Assembly (NCBI GenBank): GCA_044225365.1
Contig: JBGAIQ010000004.1
Location: forward strand, 191,048-255,047
DNA length: 64,000 nt
Reading direction: 5' to 3'
Source of the DNA: Planctomycetota bacterium
Lineage (GTDB): Bacteria; Planctomycetota; B15-G4; JADJEK01
The notes under the pieces are model-generated. The model did not search any database. It saw nothing but the letters and a program-made list of their open reading frames with translations, and was not told the origin of the DNA. A program made the position numbers and the translations under genes. Positions 10,401 through 19,167 of this stretch are shown one piece after another (within the stretch, counting starts at the first letter, position 1; every line of letters begins with the position of its first letter).

Positions 10401-11063
10401 ATGCGTCGTCTCGCCCTCGCTCTCGCTCTCGTCTCCGGCACGCTCCTGTCCACCGGCCTCATCGCCCAGGACAAGAAGCACGAATCGAAGAAGGCCCCCG
10501 CTCGTCTCCAACTCGGTGCGGCCGCGCCCGCGGGGAAGACCGAGATGGAAGGCGTCGACGGCAAGAAGTACACGATCGACGGCGTCGCGGGCAAAGCCGG
10601 CACGCTCGTCATCTTCTCCTGCAACCATTGCCCGTACGCCAAGGCCTGGGCGGGCCGCATCGCGGCTCTCGGGAACGAGTACGCCAAGAAGGGCTTCGGC
10701 GTCCTCGTGGTGAACAGCAACGACATCGCCGTTCATGCCGACGACAGCATGGACAAGATGAAGGACGAGTCGAAGCGGCTGAAGCTGGAGTTCCCCTACG
10801 TGATGGACTCCGACTCCTCGGTCGCGCGGGCGTTCGGCGCCACCAAGACGCCCGAGGTCTTCCTCTTCGACAAGGACAAGAAGCTCGTCTACTGGGGCGC
10901 CGTCGACGACAACTCGGACGACGAGAAGGCCGTGAAGCAGCACTACCTGAAGGACGCGCTCGACGCCGTCGTCGCCGGCAAGAAGCCCGAGCCCGCGGAG
11001 ACCAAGGCGCTCGGTTGTGGAATCAGCTTCCGCCCCGAAGCTCCGGAGAAGAAGGGCTCCTGA
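10401..11063 (+). CDS. Exported thioredoxin/AhpC-TSA redoxin family protein
   Basis: GGAGG SD, signal peptide, FSCNHCPY, VARAFGATKTPEVFLFD, GCGI. Confidence 0.9.
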   Translation: MRRLALALALVSGTLLSTGLIAQDKKHESKKAPARLQLGAAAPAGKTEMEGVDGKKYTIDGVAGKAGTLVIFSCNHCPYAKAWAGRIAALGNEYAKKGFGVLVVNSNDIAVHADDSMDKMKDESKRLKLEFPYVMDSDSSVARAFGATKTPEVFLFDKDKKLVYWGAVDDNSDDEKAVKQHYLKDALDAVVAGKKPEPAETKALGCGISFRPEAPEKKGS

Positions 11064-11490
11064 AGCCCGCGACGCAGAGCGCGCCCCAACCGAGGAGCAG
11101 CAGCACGCCGCCGATCGGCGTGATCGGTCCGAGCCAGCTGGGGAAGGTCGGCGCGGAAAGGGCCATCGCGTAGAGCGAGCCCGAGAACAGGAAGATCCCG
11201 GCGGTGAACGATGATGCTGCAAAGTTCGCGGCGCGTTCACCGCCGCGCGCGTTCATCGTGCCGCAGAGCACGATCAGCGGCGCGTGATAGAGCTGGTAGC
11301 GCGCGGCCGTTTCCCACCACTCGAGCGCCTTCGGCTCGAGCTTCGACTTGAGCGCGTGCGCAGCGAACGCGCCGGCCGCGACGCCGAGGAATCCGAGGAT
11401 TCCTCCGACCACGAGCCATCGCTTCCTGCGAGCCGAGTCTTCTTGCGTCGCAAGAGCGTCCGAATCCGGTGTGATCATGGGAGTCCTCAT
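11023..11490 (-). CDS. DUF423 (YgdD/TMEM256) membrane protein
   Basis: GAFAAHALK, WETAARYQLYH, LFSGSLY, GPITPIGG. Confidence 0.9.
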   Translation of the reverse strand: MRTPMITPDSDALATQEDSARRKRWLVVGGILGFLGVAAGAFAAHALKSKLEPKALEWWETAARYQLYHAPLIVLCGTMNARGGERAANFAASSFTAGIFLFSGSLYAMALSAPTFPSWLGPITPIGGVLLLLGWGALCVAGFRSPSSPELRGGS

Positions 11491-13589
11491 TCCTGCGAGC
11501 GGACGCGCAACAGCGCGACACCATCGAAGGGCAGTCGAAGGGAGTACGACGACGTCGCTGCCGTGCCGATCGCGCCCTTCGCAAGGTCGTCGACGAAGAC
11601 CGGATGATCGAATTCCAGCTCGAAGGAATCGGCGAGGGCCGCATCGACTCCCCCAAGATCGAGATCTGGAAGACTGAATTCGGTGCGCACGATCCCGTAG
11701 AGCTTGCCTCGTTCGGATTCGTGCTCGAACACGCGCACGCGCGGCACGCCGCCGCCCGCGCTTCGCTTCACTCGAAACGGAATCGTCGCTCCAGCGGCAG
11801 TGAACACGTCGCGCAGGCCGTTCTCGAATGCGATCGCGGACTCGATCCCGCGATCACGCAGCGCGCGATAGTCGCGAAGATTGCGATCGAGGAAGATCGC
11901 GCGCGTTTCCTCTGGGGACCGGATCTTCAGGTCACGTTCGACGGAACGGATCTTCGTCAGCGCCTCGTCCGCGAGGTGCTCGTCGCCAGGATTCGCCTCG
12001 TCCCACGGCGCCTCGCACCGCTTGCGTTCGATTCCGAACACGTCGTCGAGGCGACCGCGCAAAAGACCGTTGCCGTGCTCATCGAACAGCCCGCAATCGG
12101 CATCCGCAAGGACGGTACCGCCCTTCGCGACGAACTCGCGAATGCGACTCTCGACGGCGCCCGACATCGCGATCACCCGCGGCAGGACGAGGACCCTCAC
12201 GTTCGCGAGCGGATCACCGCCCGCTGCCGATTCGAGGTCCTCGTCGGCGAGGAAACGAAACGGCGCGAGGAGATCGGAGAGGAGGAGCTGCCAGCCCCAG
12301 TAGACCTCGGCGAGCGGGAGGATCTCGCCCTCGAGCCGAGCGGCGCGCGTCGGCCAGTAGATTCCGTCCGGTTCGGCTTCGATCAGCCATTCGAGCTTGA
12401 GGGAGCGCGCCGAGTAGAGGATCGCAACCCGCGGCGACACGTCGCGAGCGTTCACCCATTCGTGCGCTCCTTCGGTTGCGAAGAACCGAGCGCTCTCCGA
12501 TATGGCGACCGCAAAATTGGAAGCGACGACGGGCAGGGGCTTCGAGGACGAGTCCACCCTCGCGTCGAACCAGACGTCTGCATGCTCCACGATTCCACCG
12601 CGCGCTCCGACGAAGAACTGCTCGAACATCGCGCGGCGCGACAAACGAAAGTCCCCTTCGGCCTGTCCCGGGATCGGATGCAACGGAAGGAACACGCGAC
12701 AGTCTGGCCGCTTCACGGAGCATGCGATCTCGCTCGAGGTCGGATCGCGCGGCGGACAGATCAGCGTGACGACACGGGGCAGGCGCGACCAATCGACGCC
12801 GCTGAAGGGATTCGGCAGCGCACCCCCGACGAAACCGGCGGCGACGTCGGAGTCCCCGCGCGCCTTCTTTGCCAGATCGGCGAGGATCTGAGTCATCGAG
12901 CGATCGAGGAACTCACGGTAGTCGAGCCAGCCGCCGACGCGAGCCTGCGTGCGCGTCTTCCCCTCGTTCTGCGCGCGCGCGCGATCCACGCCCCACGGCT
13001 CGAGCGCCTCGAAGCTCGTGCCGTCGATACCCAGCGCGGTCGCCGCGGCCTCGGCGCTCTGGAAACGCGTCGCGAGATCGCGCCGCCAGGCTGCGATGCA
13101 GTCGCCGCACATGCAGATGTCACTGGGATCGGAGTCGCGACCCCACGACGGCTCGTTCGCGACCGAGATCCCGATCACGTTCGGACGTTTCGATTCTCGG
13201 ACTTCCGCGAGGCGAGGATCGAAGATGCCGGCTTCGAGCGCGCGACGCGGACAGGTCGATCGCACCGTGAGGCGAGGATCTCGCGTCACGAGATATCGTG
13301 CGGCGCTGTCCTCGTACTCCGGATCGCTCCATCGCAGTTCGCCGCGATCGGCGACGCGATCGAGAAGGACGGGCGCGGAGTCGGTGTTCGTCGAAGCGAC
13401 CACCGGGTCCGCGACCGAGATCGAAAGACCGGAGACCGACGTACGTTCGAGGATCGCCTTTTCGGGCTCCGTCGGCGGATGCGAGAGACGAACGAAGATG
13501 GGAAACACGGGGCTCGAGGGCGCACTCTCGACGCTCGCGGCGCACACCGGACTCACCGCGAACGAGACGACTAGGACTGGAAGGAGCAT
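11487..13589 (-). CDS. GH42-like beta-galactosidase with trimerization domain, exported
   Basis: Signal-like N-terminus; VANEP, CMCGDC, WLDYREF; VAILYS, FVAKGGTVLADADCGLFDEHG. Start uncertain. Confidence 0.65.
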   Translation of the reverse strand: MLLPVLVVSFAVSPVCAASVESAPSSPVFPIFVRLSHPPTEPEKAILERTSVSGLSISVADPVVASTNTDSAPVLLDRVADRGELRWSDPEYEDSAARYLVTRDPRLTVRSTCPRRALEAGIFDPRLAEVRESKRPNVIGISVANEPSWGRDSDPSDICMCGDCIAAWRRDLATRFQSAEAAATALGIDGTSFEALEPWGVDRARAQNEGKTRTQARVGGWLDYREFLDRSMTQILADLAKKARGDSDVAAGFVGGALPNPFSGVDWSRLPRVVTLICPPRDPTSSEIACSVKRPDCRVFLPLHPIPGQAEGDFRLSRRAMFEQFFVGARGGIVEHADVWFDARVDSSSKPLPVVASNFAVAISESARFFATEGAHEWVNARDVSPRVAILYSARSLKLEWLIEAEPDGIYWPTRAARLEGEILPLAEVYWGWQLLLSDLLAPFRFLADEDLESAAGGDPLANVRVLVLPRVIAMSGAVESRIREFVAKGGTVLADADCGLFDEHGNGLLRGRLDDVFGIERKRCEAPWDEANPGDEHLADEALTKIRSVERDLKIRSPEETRAIFLDRNLRDYRALRDRGIESAIAFENGLRDVFTAAGATIPFRVKRSAGGGVPRVRVFEHESERGKLYGIVRTEFSLPDLDLGGVDAALADSFELEFDHPVFVDDLAKGAIGTAATSSYSLRLPFDGVALLRVRSQE

Positions 13590-13629
13590 CGAGGAGCTCG
13601 AATTCGCCGTCGAACCGTTCTCGATCCTA

Positions 13630-14289
13630 TCACCGTACGAGGCGAGCGAGCAGTTCGCGCGCGGCCGACTCGCAATCACGCGCGCCGAGAATCGCCTGCG
13701 AGACCGCGATGCGATCCCCACCCTGCTGAACGATGAGGTCGACGTTGGCGCAAGTGATTCCGCCGATCGCGAACACCGGGATCTCGACGCTCGAAACGAC
13801 CGGTCGCAGTGCGGGAGGCCCCACGAGTTCGATCTTCGCCTTCGTCGCGGTATCGAACATCGCTCCGAATCCCAGGTAGTCGGCGCCCTTGCTCGCGGCG
13901 ACCTTCGCCTGCCCCAATGTATGGGTCGAGACTCCCACGAGCGCATCGCGTCCGAGTTTCGCCCGCGCGGTCGCGACGCTCGCGTCGCCTTGCCCGAGAT
14001 GGACCCCGTCGGCTCCACTCGAACACGCCGCTTCGATGTCGTCGTTCACGATGAGCAGCGCCCCTTCGAGCCACGGCTTCAGTTCTGCGGCGAGACGGAC
14101 GACATCTCGTGTCGGCGCTTCCTTCGCCCGGAGTTGGACGATTCCAACTCCACCGCGAACGGCGGCGCCGATGCGTTCGCAGAACCGCGAGAGTTCTTCG
14201 CGACGAAGCGTCACCGGGGGCTGCGCGACGAGGTAGAGACGCGTCGCCGCGAGCGCCCGGGCTCGCTCCTCGCCGTGACGATTTGTCAT
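13630..14289 (-). CDS. thiE: Thiamine-phosphate synthase
   Basis: VQLRAK, IVNDD, GADGVHLGQGD, GVSTH, AIGGI. Confidence 0.95.
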   Translation of the reverse strand: MTNRHGEERARALAATRLYLVAQPPVTLRREELSRFCERIGAAVRGGVGIVQLRAKEAPTRDVVRLAAELKPWLEGALLIVNDDIEAACSSGADGVHLGQGDASVATARAKLGRDALVGVSTHTLGQAKVAASKGADYLGFGAMFDTATKAKIELVGPPALRPVVSSVEIPVFAIGGITCANVDLIVQQGGDRIAVSQAILGARDCESAARELLARLVR

Positions 14290-14393
14290 CGATGACTCCG
14301 GCCGACTCCGACCTCTGGTCGCTGTCGGGACAAAATGTCGCGAATTCCGGTGGACGAGCTCACGACCGACTTCCGCGCCTGCACATAAGTGTT

Positions 14394-14409
14394 TGGCAAT
14401 TCGAATGCA
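14394..14409 (+). promoter_or_regulatory. Putative sigma-54 (-24/-12) promoter upstream of the receiver gene and groES/groEL
   Basis: TGGCAATTCGAATGCA has GG-N10-GC; a second near-match TGGCATCACGTTTGT starts at 14435. Confidence 0.55.
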
Positions 14410-14538
14410 ACGATACCCGACCGGACCCGTTGTTTGGCATCACGTTTGTGGTGCCGCGCTCGCCTCGTTCGTCGAGGCAGGGTGTGGTCGGTAGAACGAC
14501 CCTTCCGAGTGACATCGAATCGAAGTCGAACGACTTTC

Positions 14539-14949
14539 ATGACTCGCCACAACCGAAACAAGAAGCATCCCATGGAGATCCTGCTCGCGGAAGACGACAC
14601 CAGCGTCCGCGCGGCTCTCAAGGAGTTTCTCGGTCGCGAGGGCTTCGTCGTCTACGAAGCCGACAGCGGACTCGCCGCGCTCGAAATCCTTCAGCGTACA
14701 CGCGTCACGTTCTCCATCATGGATGTCGACATGCCCGGGATGACCGGATTCGAAGTGCTGAAGATCGTCCGCCAGCAGCTTGGCGGCGCGCTTCCTTGCA
14801 TCTTCATCTCCGGTGACAGCTCGCGGGAACGACAGATGAAGGCACTCGAAGTCGGAGCTTTCTCGCTCCTCGAAAAACCGATCGCACCCGATCTGCTGCG
14901 CTTCTCGGTGCAGCGACTCGTGGATTTCCACTACGGCAAGCTTCGCTGA
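14539..14949 (+). CDS. Single-domain response regulator receiver (CheY-like)
   Basis: ILLAEDD, IMDVDMPGMTG, FISG, LEKP; alternative start at 14572. Confidence 0.9.
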   Translation: MTRHNRNKKHPMEILLAEDDTSVRAALKEFLGREGFVVYEADSGLAALEILQRTRVTFSIMDVDMPGMTGFEVLKIVRQQLGGALPCIFISGDSSRERQMKALEVGAFSLLEKPIAPDLLRFSVQRLVDFHYGKLR

Positions 14950-15155
14950 GCGCAGCAGCTCGGAGCGACTCGTCGCTCCAGCGATGCGACTTGCGGGCTT
15001 TGGCGTAGCGACGGACAGCGGGATCGGTCCCCTGCCGAAGTTTTGACACCGCACGGCGACGTGCTCCTCCTTCTCGATCGGCGACGGTCGAGTCCGCAGG
15101 GCCGGCGTCGCGCGAATTCGTATTCGATCGAGCAACGTGTTTTGAGGAGTTCGCC

Positions 15156-15482
15156 ATGGCGACGAAGGCAAAGACCCAGACGAGTGTGAAGACGTCCGTG
15201 AAGCCGCTGAACGACCACATCCTGGTCCGCCCGGCCGAGGCCGAGGAGAAGACCCGCGGCGGCATCATCCTCCCGGACACGGCGAAGGAGAAGCCGGCGG
15301 AAGGCGTCGTGATCGCCCTCGGCGAAGGCCGCCTGCTCGACGACGGCAAGCGCGCCACGTTCCAGGTGAAGGTCAACGACCGCGTCATCTACTCGAAGTA
15401 CGCCGGCCACGAGATCACGATCGATGGCGAGGAGTACAAGGTCATCCAGGAGTCCGACGTGTACGCGGTGATCGAGAACTGA
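15156..15482 (+). CDS. groES: Co-chaperonin GroES
   Basis: KPLNDHILV, TRGGIILPDTAKEKP, SKYAG; GAGGAG SD. Confidence 0.97.
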   Translation: MATKAKTQTSVKTSVKPLNDHILVRPAEAEEKTRGGIILPDTAKEKPAEGVVIALGEGRLLDDGKRATFQVKVNDRVIYSKYAGHEITIDGEEYKVIQESDVYAVIEN

Positions 15483-15538
15483 TCGCTGCCCGCGACTCCT
15501 GAACCCGAAACCAACCACCAAGAAAAAGAGACAAGACC

Positions 15539-17155
15539 ATGGGTGCGAAGCGCATTGCGTATGACCAGGAAGCCCGAGAGCTGATTCGCAGCGGCGTGCG
15601 GAAGCTCGCCCGCGCCGTGAAGGTGACGCTCGGTCCCCGCGGCCGAAACGTGATCCTCCAGAAGTCGTTCGGCTCGCCGACCGTCACCAAGGACGGCGTC
15701 TCCGTCGCGAAGGAGATCGAGCTCGAGGACGCGTACGAGAACATGGGCGCGCAGATCGTGAAGGAGGTCGCCTCGAAGACCTCCGACGTCGCCGGTGACG
15801 GCACCACGACCGCGACCGTCCTCGCCGAGGCAATCTTCGAAGAGGGCCTCAAGAACGTCGCGGCCGGCGCCAATCCCGTCGACCTCAAGCGCGGCATCGA
15901 GAAGGCCGTCGCAGCGATCGTGGCTCACCTCAAGGATCAGAGCACTTCGATCAAGAATCGCGACGAGATCGCGCAGGTCGCGACGATCGCGAGCAACGGC
16001 GACGTCGAGATCGGCGGCAAGATCGCCGAGGCGATGGAGCGCGTCGGCAAGGACGGCGTCATCACGATCGAGGAAGGCAAGTCGCTGAACACCGAGATCG
16101 AGTGGGTCGAGGGCATGCAGTTCGACAAGGGCTACCTCTCGCCCCACTTCGTGACCGACGTCGCGAAGATGGAAGCGGTCCTCGAGGACCCGTTCATCCT
16201 GATCCACGAGAAGAAGATCTCGTCGGTGAAGGACCTCATCCCGGTCCTCGAGAAGGTCGCTCAGGCGGGTCGCCCGCTCGTGATCATCGCCGAGGAGATC
16301 GAGGGTGAAGCGCTCGCGACGCTCGTCGTGAACAAGCTGCGCGGCATCTTCTCCTGCTGCGCCGTGAAGGCTCCGGGCTTCGGCGATCGCCGCAAGGCGA
16401 TGCTCGAGGACATCGCGATCCTCACGGGCGGCACCGCGATCTTCGAAGACCTCGGAATCAAGCTCGAGAACATCGCTCTCACCGACCTCGGTCGCGCGAA
16501 GAAAGTGTTCATCGACAAGGACAACACCACGATCATCGAAGGCGCGGGCAAGAAGGCCGACATCCAGGCCCGCATCGGTCAGATCAAGTCCGAGATCGAG
16601 CGCACGACCTCCGACTACGACAAGGAGAAGCTCCAGGAGCGCCTTGCCAAGCTCGCGGGCGGCGTGGCGCAGGTCAACGTCGGCGCGGCGACCGAGTCCG
16701 AGATGAAGGAGAAGAAGGCGCGCGTCGAGGACGCGCTCCACGCGACTCGCGCGGCCGTCGAGGAGGGCATCCTCCCCGGTGGCGGCGTCGCGCTCCTGCG
16801 TTCGCAGAAGGTCCTCGACGGTCTCACCCTCAAGGGTGACGAGGGCGTCGGCGTCGGCATCATCCGCCGCGCGCTCGAGCTCCCGCTGAAGACGATCGCG
16901 GCGAACGCCGGCGTCGACGGCGCGATCGTCGTCGAGAACGTGAAGAACCAGAAGAAGGCGTCCGAAGGCTACGACGCGGCGACCCTCGAGTACTGCGACA
17001 TGGTGAAGCGCGGCATCATCGACCCGACGAAGGTCACCCGCAGCGCCCTCCAGAACGCGGCCTCGATCGCCACGCTCCTCCTCACGACCGACGCTCTCGT
17101 TTCGGACATCCCGGAAGAGAAGGCGGGCGCGAAGGCCGGGCCCGCGGCGTACTGA
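15539..17155 (+). CDS. groEL: Chaperonin GroEL
   Basis: [40 protein letters not shown]. Confidence 0.98.
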   Translation: MGAKRIAYDQEARELIRSGVRKLARAVKVTLGPRGRNVILQKSFGSPTVTKDGVSVAKEIELEDAYENMGAQIVKEVASKTSDVAGDGTTTATVLAEAIFEEGLKNVAAGANPVDLKRGIEKAVAAIVAHLKDQSTSIKNRDEIAQVATIASNGDVEIGGKIAEAMERVGKDGVITIEEGKSLNTEIEWVEGMQFDKGYLSPHFVTDVAKMEAVLEDPFILIHEKKISSVKDLIPVLEKVAQAGRPLVIIAEEIEGEALATLVVNKLRGIFSCCAVKAPGFGDRRKAMLEDIAILTGGTAIFEDLGIKLENIALTDLGRAKKVFIDKDNTTIIEGAGKKADIQARIGQIKSEIERTTSDYDKEKLQERLAKLAGGVAQVNVGAATESEMKEKKARVEDALHATRAAVEEGILPGGGVALLRSQKVLDGLTLKGDEGVGVGIIRRALELPLKTIAANAGVDGAIVVENVKNQKKASEGYDAATLEYCDMVKRGIIDPTKVTRSALQNAASIATLLLTTDALVSDIPEEKAGAKAGPAAY

Positions 17156-17179
17156 GCCCGACTGACGGATTCGTCACCT

Positions 17180-17226
17180 GAAAGGACCCGCATTCCACGA
17201 CGTGGAATGCGGGTCCTTTCCCTTTT
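17180..17226 (+). terminator. Rho-independent terminator after groEL
   Basis: Perfect 20-bp inverted repeat GAAAGGACCCGCATTCCACG-A-CGTGGAATGCGGGTCCTTTC followed by CCTTTT. Confidence 0.85.
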
Positions 17227-17467
17227 CACCCCGCAATGAAGAGATCGAACGATCGCAAATATATGTGATATAGTAGTTTGTGATTCTGAACCCGAGGCCG
17301 ACTCGAAACCCACGCGAATCGACTGCCCCTGCATCCACGGGCGAGTTCTACCCGAAATCTGACGCGTCTGTCATTTTTTCGAGTTCGCGCTCGAAGGGCG
17401 TCCCGCTCCACGGACTTCTCTCGACCGCACGACCCATCCGCCCACCCAAAACACGATCAGGTCCAGG

Positions 17468-19090
17468 ATGTCACAGGCCAATCTCCCGCCCTCCCGCGTG
17501 TTCGCCCTCGCAGCGATCTTCGTCACCTTTTCTCCCTCCACCTACGCCCGACAGCCCCGACAACTCGGACTCGAGCACGCGCTCGAGGAGAAGCTGAACG
17601 ATGGCGCGGAGTTCAGCAAGAAGTTGAAGAAGGTGCGTGAGCACGGCGACGAGATCTTTGGCGCCGCTTGGACGAAAGCCGACGGTCAGGGCCGGCCGCT
17701 GACGAACGGCAAGGGCGGGACGATCGCGGATCCGAACGATCCCCTCGTTGGCGCGCGGCGCATGAACTCGATCTCAGGACCCGACGCGTCGTCGTGCGCG
17801 GGCTGCCACAACAAACCGTTCGATGGAGGCGGCGGCGATTTCAGTTCGAGTGTCTTCGTGCTCTCCGAGCGGTTCGATCACATCAGCTTCGACGCCTCGG
17901 AGCTCACGTCGTTGAAGGGCGAGAAGGACGAGAATGGCCAGACCGTGAATCTGAAGACGGTCGGGAACCTTCGAGCTTCGATCGGCCTCGGCGGCTCCGG
18001 GTACATCGAACTCCTCGCCCGCCAGATCACCGAGGACTTGCAGACGGACCGCGACTCGCTCGCGCCGGGAGCTTCGATCGCTCTCGTTTCCGAACGCACG
18101 GGGAACCTCGAGTTCGGAACGCTCTCGCGCGATGCGCAAGGCGTGTGGGACACGAGCGCCGTGGTCGGGTTGCCCAGCTCGAGCACCGCTTCGACGGGCC
18201 CGTCGGATCCACCGAGCCTCATCGTGAAGCCGTTCCACCAATCCGGAGCGGTCGTGTCGCTGCGACAATTCGCGAACAACGCGCTGAACCAACATCACGG
18301 CATCCAATCGAGCGAGCGGTTCGGCGCGGGCATCGACGCGGACGGGGACGGCATCGCCGATGAGCTCGGCATCGCGGACGTCACCGCGCTCACGCTCGAC
18401 TCCGCGCAGTATCCCGTTCCTGGCCGCGTGATCCCCCGCGACAAGGCCCTGGAGGAGGTCATCCGCCGAGGCGAGGACAACTTCAAGGACATCGGATGCG
18501 TGGCTTGCCACGTCCCCGAGCTGCCGCTCGCGTCGTCGCTGTTCACCGAACCGAATCCCTTCAACCCGAAGGACGGCAATCTCGATCCGACCGACGCCTA
18601 CGTCGCCACCTACGGCACGTTCGCCTTCGACCTCAACGATGCGACGCTCGATGGCCCGCGGCTCAAGGCCAACTCGGAAGGGATCACGTTCGTCCCGGCG
18701 TTCACCGATCTGAAGCTCCACGACATCACCGACCCGAACCTCACTTGGCCCTTGGACGAGAACGAGGAGCCCCTCGACATGGAGCTCAGCCCTCCGACCC
18801 TCGGCCACAACGCCCGCTTCCTCACGAAGAAGCTCTGGGGCTTCGCGAACGAACCGCCCTACTTCCACCACGGCCGTTACACCACGATCCGCGAAGCGAT
18901 CGAGGCTCACAAGGGCGAGGCCGCGGCGGCCGCGGCGCAGTGGTCCTCCCTCAGCGCCGACGACAAGGACTCGGTGATCGAATTCCTGAAGACGCTGCAG
19001 GGTCGGCCCGCAGACTCGAAGAACCGAATCGTCGACGAGAATGGAAAGCCGCGGAAGTGGCAGAAGTTCGCCGCGAAGGATTTCGATTGA
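17468..19090 (+). CDS. Exported di-heme oxidoreductase (DHOR-like) c-type cytochrome
   Basis: Signal peptide; two CXXCH motifs (CAGCH, CVACH); FTDLKLHD, LWG..NEPPYFHHGR, IEAHKGEA. Confidence 0.85.
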   Translation: MSQANLPPSRVFALAAIFVTFSPSTYARQPRQLGLEHALEEKLNDGAEFSKKLKKVREHGDEIFGAAWTKADGQGRPLTNGKGGTIADPNDPLVGARRMNSISGPDASSCAGCHNKPFDGGGGDFSSSVFVLSERFDHISFDASELTSLKGEKDENGQTVNLKTVGNLRASIGLGGSGYIELLARQITEDLQTDRDSLAPGASIALVSERTGNLEFGTLSRDAQGVWDTSAVVGLPSSSTASTGPSDPPSLIVKPFHQSGAVVSLRQFANNALNQHHGIQSSERFGAGIDADGDGIADELGIADVTALTLDSAQYPVPGRVIPRDKALEEVIRRGEDNFKDIGCVACHVPELPLASSLFTEPNPFNPKDGNLDPTDAYVATYGTFAFDLNDATLDGPRLKANSEGITFVPAFTDLKLHDITDPNLTWPLDENEEPLDMELSPPTLGHNARFLTKKLWGFANEPPYFHHGRYTTIREAIEAHKGEAAAAAAQWSSLSADDKDSVIEFLKTLQGRPADSKNRIVDENGKPRKWQKFAAKDFD

Positions 19091-19167
19091 GCCGCGCGAC
19101 GACTCGCGTGACGCCGCCCTCTCTCATGTCGCCCGGGACGCTTCATGCGTCGGACGAATCGTGACGA

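Noticed and set aside
14950-15155. CIRCE element upstream of groES
   Set aside because: No TTAGCACTC-N9-GAGTGCTAA-like inverted repeat seen.
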